The notes under the pieces are model-generated. The model saw only the letters and a program-made list of their open reading frames with translations, did no database searches and was not told the origin of the DNA. Below, in pieces: positions 22,776-32,000 of a DNA stretch of 32,000 bases. How positions within the stretch are numbered: the stretch's first letter is position 1; the number at the start of each line of letters is the position of its first letter. Made by a program: the position numbers and the translations under genes. Source of the stretch: Paramicrosporidium saccamoebae KSL3 (taxonomy: Eukaryota > Fungi > Cryptomycota); NCBI GenBank assembly GCA_002794465.1, contig MTSL01000065.1, forward strand, positions 110,450-142,449. Reading direction: 5' to 3'.

Positions 22776-22920
22776 CTGCCAACCGAGTATAAGATTCTTT
22801 AATTGCTCTACCGCCACTCATCAAACTATAAAATCCATGAAGGGCTTTACTAACCAAACTATAAAATCCATGAAGAGCTCTAATAATCAAACTATAAAAT
22901 CCATGGAAAGCCAGCAATAA
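22754..22920 (+). repeat. Tandem copies of the TCP11 3' end: a 27-nt duplication and three ~33-nt units
   Basis: 22754-22780 vs 22781-22807; units at 22821, 22854, 22887 share caaactataaaatccatg. Confidence 0.85.
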
Positions 22921-22942
22921 ACGTTCAGTGTAGTAGCCGTGG

Positions 22943-23090
22943 CCATATTAGGCAGACGTGGCTACGAGGACCAATACCGTATTGGGCGGGCAGACGACCG
23001 GTTTGATTGGCCAAAAAAGGCGGCGGCCCGCCTGCCGGGAACGGGCTATTTAAGCAAGGGCGGGCAGGGAGGAGGACGTACTTTCCCACC
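22943..23090 (+). promoter_or_regulatory. GC-rich RNR1 promoter with CArG, CCAAT and GC boxes
   Basis: CCATATTAGG 22943-22952; CCAAT/ATTGG at 22971, 22981, 23006; GGGCGGGCAG at 22984 and 23058; TATTTAA at 23047. Confidence 0.45.
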
Positions 23091-23099
23091 CAGCCGAAG

Positions 23100-25518
23100 A
23101 TGTATGTCCTCAAACGCGGTAGACATCCTTCCTGAATGGACACTAATGAGTACAGATGGCCGCCAAGAACGAGTTCTCTTTGACAAGATTACCGCACGCA
23201 TATCAAAGCTGTGCTACGGATTGGATATGAACTTTGTGGACCCAGTAGAGATATCGATGAAGGTGGTGACAGGCATCTATCCGGGAGTAACAACCACGGA
23301 GCTAGATAACCTGGCAGCGGAGACGGCCGCGTACTTGACGACGAAACATCCGGACTATGCGCTATTGGCAGCCCGCATTGCCGTGTCCAATTTGCACAAA
23401 GACACGACCAAGCAGTTCAGTGTGGTGGTGGAGAAGCTGTACAACTATGTGAACCCAAAGTTGGGAAAGCAGTCGCCCAAGGTGACAAAGGAGTTCTATG
23501 AGATAGTGCAGAAGAATGCAGAGAAGCTGAACAGCGCCATCATCTATGATCGCGACTACAACTACAACTATTTTGGCTTCAAGACGCTGTATCGTGCCTA
23601 TCTGATGCGTCTGGACAAGGAGATCGTAGAACGACCACAGCACATGCTGATGCGTGTGGCAGTGGGGATCCATGGCAACGACATTGAGGCAGCCATTGAG
23701 ACATACAATCTGATGAGCGACAAGGCCTTTACGCATGCCTCGCCCACACTCTTCCACGCCGGTACTCCCATGCCACAGCTTTCCAGCTGCTTCTTGCTGT
23801 CCATGAAGGATGACTCCATCGAGGGTATCTATGACACGCTGAAGCGCTGTGCCGTGGTCTCGAAGCATGCCGGGGGTGTGGGTCTGAATGTCCACAACAT
23901 CCGCGCCTCTGGAAGTTACATTGCCGGCACCAATGGCTTCTCCAACGGTCTGGTTCCCATGCTCCGTGTCTTCAATAACACGGCCCGTTATGTGGACCAG
24001 GGTGGAAACAAACGCCCTGGCGCCTTTGCAATCTATTTGGAGCCATGGCATTCTGATGTGTTTGACTTTTTGGACCTCCGAAAGAACACGGGAAAAGAGG
24101 AGGCGCGCGCTCGCGATCTCTTCTATGCCTTGTGGATCCCGGATCTGTTCATGAGACGTGTCGAGGCAGACGGCGATTGGGCGCTGATGTGTCCACATGA
24201 AAGTCCTGGTCTGGCCGATTGCTGGGGCGAGGAGTTTGAGCAGCTTTATGAGCGATATGAGAGGGAAGGAAAGTTCCGCAAGGTCATCAAGGCACAGAAA
24301 CTCTGGGCAGCCATTCTGGAGGCCCAGATCGAGACGGGGACACCATACATGCTCTACAAGGACGCCTGTAATCGCAAGAGTAACCAGCAGAACCTCGGCA
24401 CCATCAAATGCAGCAATCTGTGTACCGAAGTGGTGCAATATTCCTCGGCAGATGAGATTGCCGTGTGCAATTTGGCCTCCATTGCGCTGCCCACCTATGT
24501 CCGCGACGGAAAGACTTATGACTTTGAGGAACTGCGTCGTGTGACCAAGGTGGCGACACGCAATCTGAACAAAATCATTGACATTAATTACTATCCCCTG
24601 GAGGAGACGCGTCGATCCAATCTGCGTCATCGTCCCATTGGTCTTGGTGTGCAGGGCCTGGCTGATGCCTTTATTCTGCTCCGCATGCCCTTTGACTCGC
24701 CCGAAGCATATGCCCTCAATCGTGACATCTTTGAAACCATCTACTTTGCCGCCTGTGAGGCGTCCTGTGAGTTGGCTGAGAAGGAGGGTCCTTACCAGAC
24801 ATATGAGGGCAGTCCAGCCAGCAAAGGCCAACTTCAATTTGATCTGTGGAATGTGACGCCGTCGAATCGCTGGGATTGGGCGGGTTTGAAGCAGAGAATT
24901 GCCCAATTTGGTATGCGAAACTCGCTATTGGTTGCTCCCATGCCCACGGCTTCCACCTCCCAAATCCTGGGCTTCAATGAATGCTTTGAACCATACACTA
25001 GCAATCTGTATACCCGTCGTGTTTTGGCGGGCGAGTTCCAGGTTGTCAATCCCCATCTGATGAAGGATCTTTCTGAACTTGGCATCTGGAATGAGTCGGT
25101 CAAGAATCGACTGATTTCTGATGGCGGCTCGGTGCAGCGGATTAAGGAGGTCCCTGAACACTTGCGGCTTATCTACCGCACCGTCTGGGAGATTCCCCAA
25201 CGCGCCATTATTGAGATGGCTGCTGAACGTGGCGCCTACATTGATCAGAGCATGTCGCTGAACATTCATATTGCCGAACCCACCTATGCCAAACTCACCT
25301 CAATGCATTTCTGTGGCTGGAAGGCCGGTCTCAAGACGGGTATGTATTACCTGCGAACCCGGCCAGCCGCAGATGCCATCAAGTTTACTGTGGATCAGGC
25401 TGCTCTGCTGCCCATGGCGGAAGAGTCGGCCAGCGAGTCTGGAACCGCCTCGCGGAAAGGAGGACTCGCCTGTGCCTACGGGCCGGGTGGAGAAGGATGT
25501 CTTTCTTGTAGCGGTTAA
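23100..25518 (+). CDS. RNR1: Ribonucleoside-diphosphate reductase large subunit (class Ia)
   Basis: Exons 23100-23118 and 23156-25518; intron 23119-23155 (37 nt) restores the ATP-cone start MYVLKRDGRQE; [41 protein letters not shown]-terminal CLSCSG. Confidence 0.98.
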
Positions 25519-25649
25519 TTAAATAAAGCATCTGTATCATACGGACAACTGGGATTGTGAATTGTAGGTTGGGATGATGAATTCCGAATTATGGGTCATG
25601 AGGTATGAGGTATGGATTGGCATAAAATTAGTCCTTTGAATTACGCTCA

Positions 25650-25770
25650 CAACTGTTCACACCAGCCGCCATGTGCGGCCATGTGTGCAGCCATACTCGA
25701 CTCACGTGTGATCATATGCACAATCATACTAACCTCATATGTGCAATCATGCTTATCATCACCCACATGT
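25650..25770. repeat. Degenerate ~33-nt repeat containing seven E-boxes (CANNTG)
   Basis: CAACTG 25650, CATGTG 25670 and 25680, CACGTG 25703, CATATG 25713 and 25736, CACATG 25764. Confidence 0.6.
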
Positions 25771-25836
25771 CAGCCCTCAGTGGCAAGCCCTCCTCCATAT
25801 TACCTAATTATAATGGGAGACTAGTTTATTTACATC

Positions 25837-26181
25837 CTAATGGAGTGGAAACTCGCGCGCCTCTCCCTTCAGCAACTCCTCCACCCGTCCCTCCTCCACC
25901 GCCTCCACAAACGCCCCATATCCACACCGGAATGTGCCGTCCACAAACATTTGCGGCACTACCAATTGCTGGGGCGACTTTTCCCGGAGCTCCGTTTTGG
26001 CGCGAGGGTCTGACGCAATGTCAATGGCATGGTACGCTATCCGTAGATTATCCAGCGTGTCGAAAATGTGCTGCTGTTCTCGTTTGGTCTATTGTAAATT
26101 AGTACGTCAATTCGGGAAGAGTACCAGGAGGTTTCCCGACACTGACGACCAGTACACGACAACCCCCTCGCGTTCAGACAT
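25837..26181 (-). CDS. SH3BGR-like thioredoxin/glutaredoxin-fold protein, 102 aa (absent from ORF track)
   Basis: Exons 26181-26125 and 26088-25837; intron 26089-26124 (36 nt, TACTAAT branch). VVVYWSSVSGNLLTKREQQ...IDIASD...VPQMFVDG...YGAFVEAVEEG; AATAAA 7 nt after the stop. Confidence 0.8.
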
Positions 26182-26361
26182 TCTGCACCGAATAATATTC
26201 TCCGGAAACAAGGGGTCCGTTTTCTCGACATTTTTCTCTTTTCTGCCCACATAATTTTCGCTCCGCCAACTATTCCCACTGAGGAGAATCCAACGGTGCT
26301 GCTTTTATGGCCTTACGACAATGTCTCAATTTGGCCGTATCTATGGCTTAGCAACCCCTTT

Positions 26362-26447
26362 GGCCAATCACACATCCACGCCTACGCCAGCCAATCAGTA
26401 TACCCCGAACTGACCCCAATCTCATATCAAGCGGGACGGGCCAATCA
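26362..26447 (+). promoter_or_regulatory. Array of four CCAATC boxes in the divergent SH3BGR-like / bHLH promoter
   Basis: CCAAT at 26364, 26391, 26416, 26441, same orientation, each followed by C. Confidence 0.55.
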
Positions 26448-26596
26448 TCATTCGAATCTGACGGCGTGGATGACCCCGTGCTGCGATCCCCTGAGTCGCA
26501 TATAGTACCCCCTGAAGGGTGGCGGGTTCAGTCTAGGAAGGCGCAGCAAACTGATTCTCCCTGTCCAAATTCTCTACCCAACGCCTCATCTACACC

Positions 26597-27655
26597 ATGG
26601 GAGCAACATATCCCAACTCTCCTGCATTGTCCAACAAACGCAGCACCTCGAAGGGCGCCGAGTCAACCGGGTCAAACGGGCCGAAGCGTGTCTTCGCCCA
26701 GGAAGCCATTCTCAATGGTGGACCAAACAGGACGCCCATCATGCCCTCGCTGAATGAATATATGGAGACAACCAACCAATATCCGGAACGGCGCATATCG
26801 CAGCGCGACCCCTCTCCCGCCCGCTCATCAGAAAGTGACGCATTAGGGGGCTCCGAAGAGGATAGTGAGTCTGGAACGGGCATAAATCAGCCAACTATGA
26901 TGCTCAAGCCAGAAAACGGTCCGTCCACAGTTATATTAGGCGCTGCCATCCCCGAAGGCCACGACCGTCGACAAGCCCACATTGCCAGCGAGCAGAAGCG
27001 GCGTCAGAGCATAAATGAGGGCTTTGAAGACCTCCGTCGAGTCATTCCATCCTGCACTGACACTTCGGACAGCAAGGCAGTCGTCCTTCGGAAGGCAGTG
27101 AACTACATCCGTCTTCTCCAGAGCGACCCGGCCCGACATAAGGCGATCCCACAGTATGAGCAAAGAGGCCAATCGCCTGTGGGATATGCTGCAGGACCTT
27201 CTTCGCTGCGAACAGGCTATGGACCCGCATATGGGATGCAATATGGCGGACAGTATGTCATGCAGCCGATGGGCATGAATAGTCCGCCTATCTATCATGC
27301 GTCCATGATGTCGGCGCCGCCAACACATAGTAGTGCATCGATGGGAAACCCAGCAGGACATTCCTTCGTGCGGATGCACCATCCTACGCCTCAGCAGCTG
27401 AGTGGTAGACCAATGTCGGGCTATACCGGCCCTCAACTGCCACCCATGCAACATCCCCCTACCACTCTGCCCCCTCTACAGCTCCCCTATTTGGAAGGCA
27501 ATGAAGCGCCCTACAATCGGGAAGATTATGTATCGGCAGCTTCCTTATCAATGCTACGCCAGGATGCGGGGCTGCCCTCGATAGGTAATGTTCCCGGAGA
27601 GCAACAGGACCAGTCTTTCCAAAATCCCCCTTTTGCGCACAACGACTGTCAATAG
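26597..27655 (+). CDS. bHLH transcription factor, Max/Mlx-like basic region
   Basis: [28 protein letters not shown]...[16 protein letters not shown]; Pro/Gln/Met-rich low-complexity C-terminus. Confidence 0.85.
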   Translation: MGATYPNSPALSNKRSTSKGAESTGSNGPKRVFAQEAILNGGPNRTPIMPSLNEYMETTNQYPERRISQRDPSPARSSESDALGGSEEDSESGTGINQPTMMLKPENGPSTVILGAAIPEGHDRRQAHIASEQKRRQSINEGFEDLRRVIPSCTDTSDSKAVVLRKAVNYIRLLQSDPARHKAIPQYEQRGQSPVGYAAGPSSLRTGYGPAYGMQYGGQYVMQPMGMNSPPIYHASMMSAPPTHSSASMGNPAGHSFVRMHHPTPQQLSGRPMSGYTGPQLPPMQHPPTTLPPLQLPYLEGNEAPYNREDYVSAASLSMLRQDAGLPSIGNVPGEQQDQSFQNPPFAHNDCQ

Positions 27656-27745
27656 AATTTGCATTTAAATAGAACTTTATTTTGTGACCGAGTGCAAAGA
27701 CATTTACTAACCATGAACTTTATAAACGTCATAGGCATCACAAAC

Positions 27746-27808
27746 CATAAATACCATAAACACCATAGACGCCGTAGACCCCTTAGACACCATAGACCCC
27801 ATAGGTAC
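27746..27808. repeat. 9-nt tandem repeat (7 units, consensus catagacac) directly after the OAT stop
   Basis: cataaatac cataaacac catagacgc cgtagaccc cttagacac catagaccc cataggtac. Confidence 0.75.
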
Positions 27809-29228
27809 TTACTCAAGGGGACACTTTTCCAAATCCCAGTCGACAATATTAGCAAGTGCTTTACCAATAATCTCAATGCATTCATCAATCTGTTCTTCAG
27901 TGATGCACAGTGGAGGAGACTAAAATAAGAAAAATTATGATGGCAAACCAGACGGATGATATTGTCGTGAGTGGGTTTGGTTAGGATGCCGTATTGTTTG
28001 AGGAGGAGACAGATATGCCAGGCCTTTTTCCCATTCAGTCGAGCATTGTCTACTACAATCGCATTCAGCAGTCCCTTGCCACGGACTAGGGATAAGAGAT
28101 GGGGATTTTAAATTATTACCAGTGGTCAGGAGAGGAGTGTTGAGATTCCGTAATCCTCGGCGCAGTCGTTCACCCAAGACTTCGGCGCGCTCAGCAAGCT
28201 TTTCGTCTCGAAGCACCTCGAGGGCAGCAATTGCCACAGCACAGGCTATCGGATTACCACCATAGGTACTGCCATGTTCTCCAGGCTGAATGCAGAGCAT
28301 GATGTCGCGATCAGCCAGAATGGCGCTGACAGGATAGACCCCACCAGAGAGTGCCTTTCCGAGGATGAGGACGTCGGGACGAATGTCTTCATGGTCTACA
28401 GCCAAAAGCTTGCCCGTGCGTCCCAGTCCGGTTTGGATCTCATCCGCAATGAACAGTACATTATGTTTCTTGCATAATTCAAAGCATTTTTTAAGATAGC
28501 CCTCGTCGGGTACATTGATCCCTGCCTCGCCCTGGATTGGCTCGATAATTATGGCTGCCACTTTGGGTCCGTGCCGTTCCAGCACAGCCTCCAGCTGAGC
28601 CGCATCGTTATAGGCTAAAGCAGTGCTATTATCCCCACAGATTGCACCGACACCCGGAAGATACGGTCCAAATCCGTCTCGTGATTCGGGATCAGTGCTA
28701 AGACTGATGGCGCCGAAAGTGCGGCCATGGAAATTCCCAGCAAAACCAAGGATGATAGCCTCGTTGGACGGGATGCCCTTTTTCAGATATCCCCACTTAC
28801 GGGCTAGCTTTAGCGCCGTTTCTACACCTTCCGCGCCCGTGTTCATGGGCAATACCATCTCATAGCCAAAATACTCTGTAACAAACTTGGCATAGCGTCC
28901 AAACATGTCATTGTAAAAGGCACGCGACGACAGCGTAAGCCGACTGGCCTGCTCAGTGAGAGCTTTGAGGATTTTTGGGTGACAATGACCTAGCAGATTA
29001 GACTCGAATGGGCCGTATGCCTTGGTTGGCCGACGAGTAAGCGGAGAGGAAATCATAATAACGCTTGCCCTCGGGGTCCCAAACATGTACTCCCTCCGCC
29101 TTTGCCCATACTACAGGAATGGGATGATAGCTATCCAGTTACAACTAATCTTGCGTGTACTTGTGCGCACCATGGGTATTTTCCAGATTTATAATTTCCT
29201 CAGAGGTCATGGTGGGCTGTGCTATCAT
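27809..29228 (-). CDS. CAR2: Ornithine aminotransferase (PLP-dependent class III)
   Basis: Exons 29228-29161, 29130-29021, 28989-28120, 28085-27949, 27919-27809 (introns 30, 31 GC-AG, 34, 29 nt); [70 protein letters not shown]. Confidence 0.95.
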
Positions 29229-29290
29229 TGTTGTAATTGAGTACTGACCAATCCGATGAGTAATGCTACCCTATGACTCACAAAGTCGGT

Positions 29291-29800
<510 letters not shown>

Positions 29801-29804
29801 TTAT

Positions 29805-30361
29805 TTAGATGGGCAGTCTAGCACCGCAGATTCTATCGCATGCCTAGCATATTCACAACAATAGAGAGACAATACATTGGATAGTCCAGGAAGACATAGG
29901 AGAGATCCCACCACGGGCAGCTTCCTCGCAAACATGATCAGGTACGGGAAAAAGTCGCTACTACTCAGCACACATTTGATATCATCATACCCGAATAAAT
30001 TTAGAAATCCGAAAAACTCCACCGCCATTCCGATCATTGTGTGGCGATACAGGATGAGCGCCAAGCCCACTGCAAAGCACAGCGAACCCCGCCATTTATT
30101 CCGTCGAAAGAAAAAGGCCCCCGTCTTCTTCGGTCCTATCACCAACACCAGGCCGGCCAGGAAAAGCATCTATGGCTTAGAAAATAACCCTGTCTACGTT
30201 CCCAAGGGCTAGGATGCCCTGATTAAAGAGCATGATGCAGCCCAGAAGCAGCGTCATCCCGCCAAGGGCGCTCAGCCCAACACCAGCCTCTGCGATGATC
30301 AGAACTGACACTGAAAAGTACTTTGCGAATTGGAGAGCCAAACTTGTCCATAATAACCCAT
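29805..30361 (-). CDS. GOT1: Golgi transport protein Got1
   Basis: Four introns (30290-30321, 30170-30197, 29958/29961-29990, 29844-29875) give WLSNSQKAGVGL...LALGNMLFLAGL...GFLNLFGDFFP...DRICGARLPI. Confidence 0.88.
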
Positions 30362-30627
30362 TTTGAAGCTAGCCAATCGAGCAACTCGGAATAAACATAA
30401 CAAAGAGAATTGTGTGGGCCCGTATATTGAGCACCAGGGTCACCTGCTGAGCAGCACCTATCTTAAAAGGTGTCCGCAGTCTATTGCGATCCAGTACATC
30501 TTACGAAACAGTATTGCCCAACGTTATACAAGGGGCGTGTGAATGGACGCTTATGGATTACATGGAGCATCAGGGTCTCCTAATCGCATAGCCTTGGATA
30601 GCGCCACACAATATCACAGTAATGTGT

Positions 30628-32000
30628 TTATTTTAAATGTCGCAGGATAACCTCTTCTGGTGGAGAGAGAGTGATTCCACATTCACTGATAGCGTCTCTT
30701 AAATACAAGACAAAGGTCCTCGTCCTTCTGGTCCGTAGTTCTTCATCTTGGAAATTCCCACGGTGGAAAATGTGGACATTAATCGTCATAGTGTCATGGT
30801 TGATGATTGTAAATCCGCCTAAATTCAACTTTGGCAAAAAATCTTTGCTATTCTTTTGAAGAAAGGCACAAAGCTTGGCCTCTAGAGCGACAATCTTATC
30901 GTTTGGTGTTGAAGGGACCACGTTAAATTTGATTCGCTCGCTCTGGAAGGGAGATCGCCGGTTGTTAATGATCATCTCATTGCGTAATTTGGAGTTGGCA
31001 ATGTATGTGACCCGGTACTGTGGACCCAAAAAGGTAGAGGTCCAAAGGCCCAACTCTTTGACGTAATGAACTTCGTTGCCAATGATCACCTGATCGCCCA
31101 CGTCAAATGGATGGGTAAAGATGACAAAGACAATTGACTCAAAGGCCGTCTTCATTGTTCCGGTAGCCACCGCCAACACTAATCCACCAATGCCCGTCAG
31201 TGCTGCCAGGACTGTCCGCAGCGAGACCTGGAACAGCATAAGCCAGCTCAATGCTGCCACGGCCCACACAAAGACCAGAAAGAGTTGATCCAACTTTCCA
31301 ATGACGTTATCTTGGTCGAGTAATGACATTCGCAAATCTTCGCGTTCCGAGTAGGAACGTGCTATTGCGCGTTCAAACTGTTCATAATTCATGTCGCCAG
31401 TTGCCTCGGTGTCAATGAGACCAAAATAGCGTTCAGCATCAGCAGTAGGGAGATGCACTGCAATGTCTGACATGGAAATTGTCTCGCGGTGGGAGGGACA
31501 GAGACGCTTGAAGATTATTTTGGATTGGGTCTTTTCGTCGCCATGATCTTGGGCGACCGCAACAGCGAGGCGTTTCGTAGTCTTGAGGGCAAATTTGTTG
31601 TCTTCCAGACGACGTCCAAAGGCTCGTTTGTAGAATGTGGTCGAGATGCGTTGAATGATAACCTTTTCGACAAGTATTAGGGCAGAGAGGACAAACAGAG
31701 AGGCGGCAGCTCGGTTGACAATGAACTGGAGGGAATGTCCCGTGCTGTAGGCCTTTAAATAATTAGTGATGGAAAGACCACTTAATTTTTCGGCCGCCTC
31801 CCCCGCCGTACTGCCAGCCTTTATCTCGCCCAAGCTAAAGAGTGCCTGTGCCTGCTCATCCAAGGTCAGCGGGAACAGCCAGAATGAGGTCAGAAGCAAG
31901 ACGAGTGTCTCCGTAAAGTAGGCTACATATTTGTAGAGAAAGATCATCTGATCAAAACCTCGCTGGACCTTTTGTGGAGCCTCCTTGCCACGTAAACTGT
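30628..32000 (-). CDS. MscS-like mechanosensitive channel (fungal Msy1/2 type), 5' end beyond the window
   Basis: IVFVIFTHPFDVGDQVII, VKELGLWTSTF, IINNRRSP motifs; EF-hand-like DTEATGDMNYEQF; multiple hydrophobic helices. Confidence 0.85.
   Translation of the reverse strand, partial: SLRGKEAPQKVQRGFDQMIFLYKYVAYFTETLVLLLTSFWLFPLTLDEQAQALFSLGEIKAGSTAGEAAEKLSGLSITNYLKAYSTGHSLQFIVNRAAASLFVLSALILVEKVIIQRISTTFYKRAFGRRLEDNKFALKTTKRLAVAVAQDHGDEKTQSKIIFKRLCPSHRETISMSDIAVHLPTADAERYFGLIDTEATGDMNYEQFERAIARSYSEREDLRMSLLDQDNVIGKLDQLFLVFVWAVAALSWLMLFQVSLRTVLAALTGIGGLVLAVATGTMKTAFESIVFVIFTHPFDVGDQVIIGNEVHYVKELGLWTSTFLGPQYRVTYIANSKLRNEMIINNRRSPFQSERIKFNVVPSTPNDKIVALEAKLCAFLQKNSKDFLPKLNLGGFTIINHDTMTINVHIFHRGNFQDEELRTRRTRTFVLYLRDAISECGITLSPPEEVILRHLK

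Noticed and set aside
22821-22920. CRISPR-like appearance of three 18-nt cores with short spacers
   Set aside because: Eukaryotic context, no cas genes, spacers only ~15 nt and similar to each other; units derive from the TCP11 CDS end
22939-23099. N-terminal extension of RNR1 in the ORF track
   Set aside because: True start MYVLKRDG is recovered with a 37-nt intron from ATG 23100; the extension is promoter sequence
23362-24906. 514-aa ORF antisense to RNR1
   Set aside because: Shadow frame of a highly conserved gene with biased codons; no recognisable motifs
25671-26102. 143-aa proline-rich plus-strand ORF
   Set aside because: Poly-Pro is the antisense of the Glu/Gly-rich end of the SH3BGR-like gene

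Overview
Gene-dense eukaryotic nuclear DNA with about 26 protein-coding genes in 32 kb and no rRNA, tRNA, transposon or CRISPR signal that I can support. I could place about 35 spliceosomal introns by hand by restoring conserved motifs; all are 27-37 nt, and two are GC-AG. Intergenic gaps are often under 50 nt. Tiny introns, extreme compaction, fungal-type housekeeping genes and retained mitochondrial genes (SDHAF1, ISD11, mL58) suggest a reduced early-diverging fungus or relative of microsporidia (Rozellomycota, Paramicrosporidium-like); this is inference, not a database result. Two genes are invisible in the supplied ORF track because introns split them: SLX9/FAM207A-like (4315-4786) and SH3BGR-like (25837-26181). 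Highlights are an ASPP/iASPP-like RxRF-ankyrin-SH3 protein, divergent genes whose start codons share a CATG palindrome, in-frame reiterated copies of the TCP11 C-terminus behind its stop, and several degenerate short-period repeats downstream of genes, one packed with E-boxes near a bHLH gene. All family assignments come from motif recognition, not from searches.
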